A stretch of DNA of 60,103 bases, the filler included, from Dugesia japonica (lineage: Eukaryota): assembly GCA_001938525.1 (NCBI GenBank). It is 5 parts of 5 records of this genome, joined end to end, with 100 filler letters (N's around TTAATTAATTAA, not from the genome) between each part and the next. Parts side by side here need not be neighbours in the genome. Positions count along the whole stretch, not along the records: positions 30,355 to 39,346 come from MQRL01636596.1; positions 39,447 to 47,756 come from MQRL01583441.1; positions 47,857 to 60,103 come from MQRL01590182.1; 2 more parts are not named here. One strand, 5' to 3'. This document shows, piece by piece, positions 37,500-49,835 of this stretch (position 1 is its first letter; every line of letters starts with the position of its first letter). The notes beneath the pieces were generated by a model. The model worked only from the letters and a program-made list of their open reading frames with translations, was not told where the DNA came from and ran no database searches. A program made the translations under genes and the position numbers.

Positions 37500-38750
37500 T
37501 CTTCTTTGTCTTCAGCTTTTTTTGTATTCCATAATTGTAAATCCATTATTTTTTTTAAGGTTTTCTACCGATTTCCCGTACAAGTTGTTGTTAACTAGTT
37601 TGTAATAATTTTTTTTCAAGTTCTGTATTACATTCTGCTCTTAATGTAGTGTTTGTTTCAATGTAATTTTCAAATACATGACCTTGAGTAAACCTTACCG
37701 CTCTATGGATCTCAGTCACCTTTACTCCCAAACTTATATATATATATATTTGTAGCAGTTTCCAGTGCAATACATGATTAGTTTTAGCGTAATTTGTTAA
37801 AATTAACTTTTAATTTTACTGCTTGGAGCGCTTTGCTGTTCTGCTGCTACTGGTATACCATTAAGATAATCATGAATTTCTAGTTGGATTATCATGTCTA
37901 CCTCCATGGTATACTCATCTGTTAATTTATCAAGATACAAACTTTTAAAATCTTTTAATACTTATTCTAAACCAGTATTTACCCACTCAAAGTCTTTAAA
38001 TTGTAATTTTTGGCTAAGAACCCATCCATACAGATTGTTAATATCAATATATTGTTATATCTGTGTTTTGACTGGTGGTGACACGATGTTTGTTAGCAAA
38101 TGTTAATCCACCCCTTATTCCACCTTCGAAAAAGGAATACATATCGTTGTCAATCAACAGTTCTATCGGTTCCTTCAATGACATCAAGGCTGATGCCAGC
38201 TCAAACCCGATATGCCAAAGAAATTTAATGGATCCAATTTATTGTGTGATATTAATTTTAATCTGAACTGTTGGAAAAGATCCACCAATAAATACACGTC
38301 CAGCTTCAAGTAAACAATCAAATAGTCCAGAAGGGTCTTACAATCTGTTATTCTCCACATTTCCAGTGCTTTTTCATACTCTTCATCTGTGATTTCATTC
38401 AATTTCAGTAGTGTGAGACATGACTGTTGTTTTTTTTTGTTGTTTCAACCCGAACTTGCAAACTGGTTGCATAATTATATGGAAATATCCCCTTTGACGT
38501 TGTTATTCTTCTATATAAACAAACAAATCGCCGTTTTAAAGTGTTGGTATTGTTTTTGCATCAACCTATTAATAATACTAACCAGAAATGCTTTTTTAAT
38601 AGTCACATTTTCGTATGTATTGACCGGCAGTCAGAAAGGGTTGCCGAGACTTGATTATATCTTTTATTGTTATTTAACCTTTGTTTTAGTGGTTCGCAAT
38701 GTATTTTCGGTTGAAAAGCACAAGTTTAGAAATAACAGCCTAATATAAAA
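37500..38750 (-). mobile_element. Polinton/Maverick protein-primed family-B DNA polymerase remnant
   Basis: KGIFPYNY; DYLIVYLKLDVYLLVDLFQQFR..LDP; FEGGIRGG; YIDINNLYGW; GYTMEVD; YYKLVNNNLYGKSVEN. Confidence 0.88.
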
Positions 38751-39346
38751 AAGTAGACTTTATGGAACATTAAAAGTGTAACTAAGTTTTTGAAATACAT
38801 TTTTTAATGAAAAAGAAATTTTCGAGTTACAAAGCTAATATTTTAACAAGACATTTTATCGAAAGATTTATCATAAATATGCTGTAAAACGATTTAATTG
38901 TATTTCATAATTTGGTAATTAGTATTTACATACATGATAGAATTTCAATGAAATAATGGAAAATGAATAAATTTAATTTTAAACATTTTATAACAAACAA
39001 CTATGGTTTATTATGATGTAACAATAAATTTAATTTATTTGCAATTAATAGAATGCAAATGAGTCAATTTTCAATTGTTATTAGTAATACATCTAAATTA
39101 TAAAATTTTGTTCAATAATTCGCATATTGAAATCAATAAGTAGTATCGTATAATTGCTCATATAAATACCCATAAAAATGCTAGCATGTATTAGTTTCTG
39201 CTTTGTGCAACCAATTAAATGAATGGAATAATTTAAACGTGACAAATTGGTGATTGGACTTTAAGTTTATCCATGTCTGCAATTTATCACAGCAAATATT
39301 TTAAATGTTAAAGATTTTCCAATTTGAAAATGAAAAAAATGTATAT

Positions 39347-39446
39347 NNNNNNNNNNNNNNNNNNNNNNNNNNNNNNNNNNNNNNNNNNNNTTAATTAATT
39401 AANNNNNNNNNNNNNNNNNNNNNNNNNNNNNNNNNNNNNNNNNNNN
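39347..39446. other. Artificial contig-joining linker
   Basis: 44 N + TTAATTAATTAA + 44 N. Confidence 0.9.
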
Positions 39447-40071
39447 AATAAACCAATGAAAAATATAATAGGTTCTTAATATGATGGGCAAGAAAATGGC
39501 TGCTTAAAATTGACAAAAGACAAAAAATCTAGAAATGTTTTTGTGCATAATTGAAAAATTTTATAACTAAAAAACATTTTGCTTGTTCTTATTGAATTAC
39601 TAACATCAATTATAAAGTGTATCAGTGCTATTAAAGCTAATGCTTTCCATCTTTATATTTTTTTGTTACTAAAGAAATGAAATCGACTGGATATTACAGA
39701 AATGGTAGACTTGAGACTGAAACTGACTAAATTGGATCGTAATATAAAATCTTTCCACAACAAGCATCAAGTACAATGGTCTCATTAAATTTTGTACACT
39801 AATCTAGATATGACCTCATATTGAATGTTGAAATTATTAAATAAATCTTACTTATAATTAAATTATTACAAAGAAATACTTTATGAAAATTATTTTTTAT
39901 TTGAATTTCTTCCTAAAACCCAAGTCCTGTATCTTGAACAAATTTTATTAGATTTCATTAATTGAATAATTCAATTTTTAAATATTAAATTATGTATATG
40001 TTACATAAGGGGGCATCATAATTCATTAGAGACTTGGATGGGGCGTAGTACAAAAAGGTTGATAAACACTC
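39447..40071 (+). mobile_element. 3' end of a hAT (Buster/SCAND3-like) transposon
   Basis: NRLDITE..DLRLKLTKL..NIK..HNKHQVQWSH*. Right TIR-like aaaaaggttgataaacact. Confidence 0.75.
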
Positions 40072-41221
40072 ATTTAGATTATTTGAAAAAATAGATTTAT
40101 TACATACTGTCATTATATTGCTGTAAATTCCTTATGAATTATTGATTATTATTTGTTTACAGTTATTATTTTAAATTCTTAGAATCTCTAAGCACAATTT
40201 AATATATAAATTACAATTGGATTTTTCTAACTCCAGAATTTATTTGTTAATTTTTGTTTTAATAATAAATCCCTGGAACATTCACTAGAAAATGAAATAT
40301 CGATTTTATTTCAGAAATTTAATTTAGAATAATTTTATATTTATTTTCAATTGGAAGAAAAGTTTGTAAGAGATTATTTTATATTTTTAGGAACATTCAC
40401 CGACAAATATTTCATATTTTATTGAATTTTATTTATATCTTTTCGGTTAATTTTTGAATTTAAACATTCAAAATTTATTTAGAGCTACAAGATAATACAG
40501 TAATGCAGCACAATTGTAATCATTGAATTTACTACTACTGACTGATTATAGTTATTTTAACAACAATTTGTAATTTTCACATATTTTTTACTCTATAATT
40601 TTTATGAAATTATTGATATCCAATTCGATTTTAATTTTTAAAATCAATATTAAAAATAAATAGGTTTTTTAAAAATTTCAATACATTTTTAATGTTTTAA
40701 TTTAAAAGAAATTTTGTGTTTTTTGATTTTTGATATTTTTTTTAAAAATTTTAAANTCTTTTATTTTAAAAAATCTCATATTTTTCATTTTTTCTAATGA
40801 TGACGAATGTTGATCTGTCAAAATATATCACAATAAAGTTTTGTTTTAAATGACGTTATTTATTTTTGACATGGCATCATTTTTTACAAATTTAATAATA
40901 AATTGTTGTGAATATTACTTTTCTTCTTTCTTTTCTTTCTTTTTATTTCAGTTTTACATATTTACTAAATTAATTTTTAAATTAAATTTTTTTTCATAAT
41001 TTAATTTTGAAATAAATATTTTCTTTCAACTAATAATTTATTTATTTCACTAAATATTTTTATTTTTTTTATCAGATTAAAATTCAAAATTTAAAGAAAT
41101 TATTAAAAAATTGCAAAATATTATTGCGTATTGAAATGCGAAAAATCATAAAAAATAATAATTTTTGCATCTATTTCTTATAGAATAATATGAGGTTTAA
41201 AAATAAAATAATGAATTTCTA

Positions 41222-41224
<3 letters not shown>

Positions 41225-41287
<63 letters not shown>

Positions 41288-41337
41288 NNNNNNNNNNNNN
41301 NNNNNNNNNNNNNNNNNNNNNNNNNNNNNNNNNNNNN

Positions 41338-41402
<65 letters not shown>
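41225..41402. repeat. (TTA)n microsatellite spanning a gap
   Basis: Direct observation. Confidence 0.95.
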
Positions 41403-41405
<3 letters not shown>

Positions 41406-42810
41406 ATATTTCATATCAACGCGTTAAGTTTACGGAACTTTATCTAAATTAGAAATTTTAATTTCATTAATATAATAAAAATTTCATATCAATAAATCAG
41501 AATGAATAATTTTGAATAAATTTCATCCGTCATGAAATCGTTATCACAATTTTTTTTAGAAAAATTCACAATATTTCTTATTATTATACACATTATCCTT
41601 ATTTTCATTATAAAATACTAAATATGCGATATACATAAGATGTACATTATCGACGGGAAAATACAGCAATTATTATTTTATTACAATAAATTGCATTTAA
41701 GTATTTATCCTCGAATACTAAATTTAATAAAATCAAACAAATGACAAACACAATAATTAAATTACATTTTATTAATGAGAAATGTAACCAAATCATGGAA
41801 AAAATAATAAAAAAATCGAAACTCAAACACAATACAAGAATAATATTTAAAACGCAAGCACCTTTGGGTAACCGAATACAACAAACCAAGACAGAACATT
41901 TGTGATAGTAGAAATATTTGCAATAAAAATATCAATTACAAATAACATGCACCTTATGTAAGGATACATATAATATTAATAATATTTAATAATAGTACAA
42001 ATTGAATCGAATAATATCATATTAATTTATGATTATTATAATTGAAAAAATTGATTAAAAATTTTAAATCTAAAAAAAAATAAAATACAACTAATAATTA
42101 AACTTCTAAAAGTTTTCCATTTAATTTACAAATTTTGAAATAAAATTTATAATTTAAATAAACCAATCAAATTTTAATAAAATATTAACAATTTTGTAAC
42201 AATGTTCTAATATCAATTAAATCTATCAAAAAGTCATCATATTCCTGTTGAAAATTTAAATATCTATAAAACAACAATTTAATTTGATTGAAACTACTTT
42301 ATTTTAATATAATTAATTAGACATTGAAATTATTTTCTTAAAAATTTACTAATAAATTTTTATTACTTAAACTTTAATACTTTATTTTCAATAATTTTCA
42401 ACAATATTACATATATAATAATTTATGTAATAATATAAAATTTTGAAAAAAACACTGATTGTTGTTATTTTGTCTAAATAAATTAATTTATAATTTTAAT
42501 TTTAGAATAAAAATGAACATCAAGTAAATCATTAAAAAATTTATTAAAAATTTTGACGAAATTTTTTTCTTCAATTCAAAATTTAAAAGTCATTCGTCGT
42601 ATACAAGTCACTATTATAACGTGAAATATATCTCAATTAATGTATTTTCTAATAATATATTCTATAACACAAATTTCTTAGAAGACGAGATATTTTGCGA
42701 GAAACTCTTATTAAAATCCTATTGGTTTTATTTTAAATATTTATCCTTTGTTTTACAATTACAATTATTGCGAGAATGATTGTTGGACATAACCATTGAT
42801 CGTTTTTCAG

Positions 42811-43014
42811 AATTCATTTAAAATAAAAGCTTCGATCAAAATTTTGTTTTTTTGTGGTATTTGATAACAATTCGATATTTCGGCTTTGTCTTCTTCAGGA
42901 ATTGACTTCTTTAGGAAAAGTCAATTCCATGAAGAAGACAAAGCCGAAATATCGAATTGTTATCAAATACCAAAAAAACAAAATTTTCATCGAAGCTTTT
43001 ATTTTAAATGAATT
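42811..43014. repeat. Near-perfect inverted repeat (arms of about 98 bp, 9-nt loop)
   Basis: aattcatttaaaataaaagcttcgat...ggaattgactt [ctttaggaa] aagtcaattcc...atcgaagcttttattttaaatgaatt. Confidence 0.9.
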
Positions 43015-44423
43015 AATCCTTTGCACAATAGATCGCCATAAAATAAATGTTTATTGTTTATCTTTAAAATAAATCTGCGCATTTAAGGTTATTAAATTTA
43101 GACCACAATTTCATATACGTGTAAAAATAGGAGTGTTATTTTATTACACCTTAAAAATGGAAGAAAATTTCGAATTAAGTGAGAGTGAAGATGAATTTAT
43201 TTTGAGTATGTATGGTGACAAAGAAAATGAAACTATATTAGAAGCAAGTAATAATCATAATTTTAGTGATAAAACTTGATAGGATACAGTGGAGATTGTT
43301 TCTTCGGTATCATACTATAAAGGAATATAAAATTTTGAAAAATTCACTGATTGTTGTTATTTTGTCTAAATAAATTAATTTATACACATAACTAAACATT
43401 TAAATGTCCATTTGCATGATAAAGTTTTTATTATATTTTTAATAAATTTTGTCTTAAACCTTGAATTTTTGCTTGAAATCACATAAAAATACGCTGAAAT
43501 AGTAATAGATCATACACGAAAAAACCGGAATACAAAGAGTCAATTTAAAAAATATAGAGAAGCGTTTTCTTCATACAAAAAACATGAAGAAATTTTAATT
43601 TAAAATTATAAAGCTAATAAAAATTATTTAGAAATAAAAAATCATTTTTACTAATAAACATTGATATATAAAGACAATATGAAAATTTGAAGATATATAA
43701 AAACTTTATTTTGGTTAACACATTTAACTTTTAATTTATATGGAGAGTCCAATTGATGAAACAATTGATGTTTTCATTTTTACAAAATTAAAATGTTATA
43801 AACCTAATAGTTTTAAATAAGTCCTGTGCAAATCTTAAAATACGTCCAAACAAAAAAATATAATAAATTATGAAATGTGGTATATAATATAGTAAAAACA
43901 TTATAAGAAAAAAGTTTTTAAAAATTTTTTATTAGCTTTTTTAATTTTAAGTTAATTTAATTTAAAGTTAATTTAAATTTAATTAATTAAAATTATTAAC
44001 CAGTAAAAATTGGTTAAATTAATTTTATTTATCAATATTGTTGATAAATTATCTGTAATTAATTAATTAATTATGATATGAATATTAATTTTCCAAATTT
44101 TGAGAGATTTTATTTATTTATTTTTCTATACAAAATTTTAGTTTCCTATTTCTAAATTTCAACAACAAGAGATAATATTTTGATGTTTAAGCCAACTTAA
44201 AATATAGAAATAGTTACAATCTTAACATCATAATTATTATTTTAAGAAATTTTAATTTTATCACCAAAATTTTCTAAATTACTATTTACAGTATAAAAAA
44301 TGTTACACAAATAAAATTTTTATTCTTGCTCTTATTGAATCACTATAAACCTTAAATTTATGTTAATTATAAATTATTCTCTTTTTCCTTGATAAAGATA
44401 TTTTTAATAAATAATTATATATA

Positions 44424-44680
44424 ACGGATATTACCAAATAGTATGACCAACTCAAATAATATGACCATAATCAAAAATTTTGGTCATACTATTTGAAATA
44501 GGATGACTCATCAAATAGTATGACCATAAAATATATACTTATTATTTGCTCCAATCTATATTCATGTTTGAATAACTTATAAAAATAATTTGTGTTGGGC
44601 CAAACTGATTAATTATCGAAATTTTAATTTTTTGATCACACCATTTAAATAGTTTGACTCATATTATTCGGTAATATTCG

Positions 44681-44681
<1 letters not shown>
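44424..44681. mobile_element. MITE with TIRs of about 25 bp and internal AAATAGTATGAC repeats, inserted at TA
   Basis: acggatattaccaaatagtatga / tcatattattcggtaatattcgt. Flanked by TA, with (TA)n at 44682-44720. Confidence 0.75.
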
Positions 44682-44722
<41 letters not shown>

Positions 44723-47700
44723 CAATTATATTTTGTTAATTATTTTTTTAAAAATTATTTCAGAAATCTATAGAATTTTCATTATACTGTTAAATTCAAA
44801 TCGATTATAGTTAACGAAAATAGAAACTGTCTTTCTCTGGGACTGTTTGAATATGCTAATTAAAGTGATCAGACCAAAAAAATTAAAAACCATGGTACTT
44901 CAAAATAAAAGTAATTAACTTAATTAATGTCGAGTCGATTGCTTAACTGAGTAGTTTGAATTTTCGTTTCATTTATAAATGTAAAAGAAAACTTTTATTT
45001 TCTTTGCTTAAATTCAAACCAAATCATTTAATACAACTTCTCAATAACAATTGAATATTTGATGTAATATTTCCAATAAATTATTTTTATTTCATTTAGC
45101 TATTTTGGAAGCAAATATCAATTGTTTTCCAATTCTTTTGAAAAATAAAAACTATACAAGGCTTAAAGAAATGTACATATGCATAAAATAACAATGAGGA
45201 ACATAAAATAAATCAACAATTACTGTTGTTTTCTCGTGCAGATTAAGTAGTAATTCAAATATGATATTTTGTGTTTCATATTCACATTTAAATAATTTCA
45301 ATGTTCTTTATCACCTTCAGTTTTAAAGTGTTTTCTTAAGAAAATCGTCTGAAGACAATTTCTATGATTATGATTATGATATGATGATGATTATATATTG
45401 TTTTCATAAAATTTTCCTAACATTTTCAATTATTCTTAACTGACGTAGTGATTGACTAAATAAGTGTTCTTGATAGATCACATGAGAAAAGTACTTTGAT
45501 ATTCAATATACTTTCAATTAAATAATTAAAATTAAGCTTCGAATTCCGTAATTTGTACAGCGTTTATAATCAAAAAAACTGAACAAATATAATTAAAAGA
45601 ATTTAAAAAATTTTAGTACTACGTGATATTAAGATATTTAATAATGTTAATTCATTCAGAATTGATTAAAATAGACAGTATTAAAATTGCTTCAATTTAT
45701 TTTATCACACTTCTTAAAAATTGAAGAGATGATAAAGAAATCCAACACCAACAGTTTAACTGATCTGTTATGGAATACCTAGCTGATATCAATTAAGAGA
45801 AATGTAATTAATCAATCAATATGATATTTTCACTTTTATTTTACATTCGCAATACTTAACCAAAAGAAAACTATAAATTTAAATTCGTATTTAAAGATTA
45901 AAGTTATGTAGATAAGGCTAGAAATTTTATAAATCAATTTTGGAAAGCAATTTTGAAAATAAAATTATTGCGAATTATTACAATAAAGATGATAAATATA
46001 TTTTTATTCTGAAATCGTATTGCCAGTTGATTATTGGATTTGAAAAATTAATATACAGCAGTCGTACTAATGATATAATAATTTCGCCTATTTAGAAAAA
46101 AAATATTTTTGAGTATTTTAATATTCAGCACTAATAATTATTATGGTTATATTTAATTGAAAAATTAAAATAATTTATATAATATATGTATTTATATTTG
46201 TGTCAGGTAATTCCTACATTTAATATATTCAACAGACATTTTCAAAAAAATTTTTAAAGGGGAGAAAAATTTGAATTAATGAAAATATATATTTGTATTT
46301 ATTCGATTTTTCTAAAATTCGATTTATCAACATTTAATATAAAAAATTATAATAGTAATTACTTAATAAAATTTAATTTAATCTATTGTTGCCTAAAATA
46401 AGAAAAATTCCAGACTTTAAAAAATATTTTAATTTTAATGTTCAATATCTATTGTAAATTTTTTTCAACTGTTTTTTGTTTTTTTCATATATCCGTTAAG
46501 TTATGCTTCACATGAGATAGTCGCATAATACTCAGACGTTTCCACAGATGAACGTAGATAAATATAACTCTACTATAGTTTTAAACGTGTTTTTATACAA
46601 TGGTACTTTGAACATGGTTATTCATTAAATTATCATGTTCATGGCTTTAATTAAATGTAACATATTAATGAAAATGTTTNNNNNNNNNNNNNNNNNNNNN
46701 NNNNNNNNNNNNNNNNNNNNNNNNNNNNNNNNNNNNNNNNNNNNNNNNNNNNNNNNNNNNNNNNNNNNNNNNNNNNNNNNNNNNNNNNNNNNNNNNNNNN
46801 NNNNNNNNNNNNNNNNNNNNNNNNNNNNNNNNNNNNNNNNNNNNNNNNNNNNNNNNNNNNNNNNNNNNNNGTTAACAAGTGAAACCTTATTACTTTACAT
46901 CATAAGTGAACACACAGTACAAAACACTATTGCTGTACGCAGATTTTATTTTATTTGTTTTTAATATTATATCATAGAAATGTACATCCCTTTTCCCCAT
47001 ATAATTTTTTGGGAGCCCTGAACTCTAGCTTATTTAACTTCCAGCACACTACTTTCAATTTCGAAAGAACTTCAATGACAAAATATATATTAATATTCAC
47101 TGATAATATTCATTTTATCTTTCCATCAATAGACACGATTTGTTGCAAATTTAAAGAATGTTATCACGGATTTTCAAGTAATATTTTACTAAATTGTATT
47201 ATTATTGTTAGCTTCATATAAATATTTGGCAATTTTTTTTAGATTTCTAATATTAAGTTCGATTAATCAATCTGTTTACAAATTAAAATATTAAATAAAT
47301 CTTCCAATCGAACATTAAAATTATTATTAATATAAAAATAACTTTTACACCATTGATTTACTTTATCTTCAAATTTTTTTTATAGTGATCAGAGTATGTT
47401 TAATTATACTAAATTAATTATCAAACTTGTACACGAAAATAAATTTTAGTTATAAATGTATAAATATATTAAACAACGAATCAAACGATTCTTCCCAACA
47501 AACAAAAACTAAATTAAATTTTTCAATGAATCTGAAATTTTTCATCCGTTGTAAATCTGAAATATATGAAGTTGTAACATTTGACAAAATATAATTTAAA
47601 ACTATTAGCAATTAGACGATAAATTCAAATGTTACTGGATGAATTTCGCGCCATGTTTGAAACTAAGAAAACGAAAGAAGCTAATAGCACTCATACAATA

Positions 47701-47756
47701 AAATATCAAAACAATGTCATTACGTTCGATAAATTGTTTATAATTAACATTTAAAA

Positions 47757-47856
47757 NNNNNNNNNNNNNNNNNNNNNNNNNNNNNNNNNNNNNNNNNNNN
47801 TTAATTAATTAANNNNNNNNNNNNNNNNNNNNNNNNNNNNNNNNNNNNNNNNNNNN
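47757..47856. other. Artificial contig-joining linker
   Basis: 44 N + TTAATTAATTAA + 44 N. Confidence 0.9.
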
Positions 47857-49835
47857 TTGTTTAAAAGTTATTACAATAAGCAACTCATCTCAAAATACTT
47901 AAGTATCGAACTTTTTTCCTAACACTATTAAAAATGAATTAATTTAACATATCTACATATTATGTTCGATATAAAATGTTAAAATTTATTCAGAATTTTA
48001 TGACAAATATCATTAACTAACTGCACACATCTGTTAAAAATTATTTTTACATTCCAATTTTTTTGTTATTTATTTTGCAGAAGTTTTAATTAAAATAAAT
48101 GTTAACAAATTATAATGAAATACTCAAATTTATTTTAATTCAATAATTATTAGGCCTTACAATCAAATATAACAATGAAAAATGTATCTAACAATCAAAT
48201 AATAATAATAATATATATAGACAAGTATATTTGCTATAATCCAGATTAACAATAATAACATGGCTGTAACTAAAATTACAATATGGTGTTTTAATTATAC
48301 AGATAATCTTTAATAAACATCAACCAAAAAAGGTTCACAGTGCCATCCATACTTTTAAACAGTATGCAATTAATAAAGCCAAAACCGGTTTTATAACGAT
48401 AAAAAAATTAAAGCAAACTGAAATCAAAATATTGTTTCCATGGTGTTATAGATTTCATCAACTCTAGATAAAACTCAACAACAATTGATGAAGAACACGA
48501 AGGAAAATCGAAAATGTTGCTTTAATTTATGCAAAATAACAACGAATTTCGTTTATAGTCAGTAAGTTGTTAAGTTTTAATAACGTCAATATGATCACGA
48601 TCATTAAGTTTTAAAGAATACATGAATCTATTAAATTTACCACGGATTAATCTATAGCTACCACAAAATAATCACTTGGGAAACATAGTAATAATCACAG
48701 ATATAAGTTTTCAAATAAAAATACAAATAGATTCAACGAAATAAAGCTTCACATTAACAAAATAATTAAAATGGGATAGAACACAGTTTTGATAAACATT
48801 ACGATTATAAACAATAATGATATTACAGATACATTTAAAAAAATCATAGTCAAAATAATAATGATAATAAATCCAATTAATTCAATCGTTCTCAAATGGA
48901 ATAATATCTAAATCTAAAAAATAAAAGCCAATTAATAAATTTATAGTAAAATTTAAGTTGTATATACATCCAAAACATTCGATTTTTCCATTAACCAGAT
49001 GAAAAATTATTTTAATAGAAATTGTGTAAAATAGTGAGATTAAAAAAAGAAATAATATAATTAAGAATATTGGCTGTATTTAATTTAAACACAATTCCTT
49101 CAATATTTAAAAAACATTTTAGTGTTTAAACTAAAGTTCAAATAACCTAGATGAGTAAAACTATAAATAATCAAAAAGAACAAAGAAAATCTTCTTAACT
49201 AATGATAACAGTTATTGGCTTTTTAAAGGTTCATTTTCTTCTTAACCCATATATAAACCTACCGCTCTTTTAAAAGGACATCTAAAATTCGCGACATATT
49301 AATTAGTAAAAGCAATTAATGAGACAGCATAATATACTAAGTTCAATATCTATACGAAACTGTAACATTTTTTGTCATTTTTTAAAACTATTTTAAAATT
49401 TCTGCACAATCGATTATATTTTTACAGAAAAACAGTTTTTTTTAAAATATGTTTTAGATTTGAATGGGTAAAAAATAATCAACCGAATTCTGGGAAGCTT
49501 AACAATAAGAATTGGTTGTTTATAGTGAGAAATAGAAATTTAAAAAACAAGTTTATTGAAGAGTTAAGCTAGATGAAATCTAAAAGGCTAAAAAGAGTAG
49601 TATTATATTTTCTGTATTCAATTTAAGTGAGAATAATAAATGTAAAAATGTTTTCCAAAAATACTGAATATTGAAAAAAAATCACCCAGATTTAATTTCA
49701 ACTAAAACAAACATTATTTAATCAATCATGGAGAAAATGAAATTAATTATATTAAAAACTTTTCAAAATATTTAATAGTAAATTTATTACAGAACAAGAA
49801 TATCTTACATGTGCACGAAATGTCTGAATAATTAT

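Noticed and set aside
42854-43072. 72-aa ORF
   Set aside because: Simply reads through the inverted repeat; no protein features.
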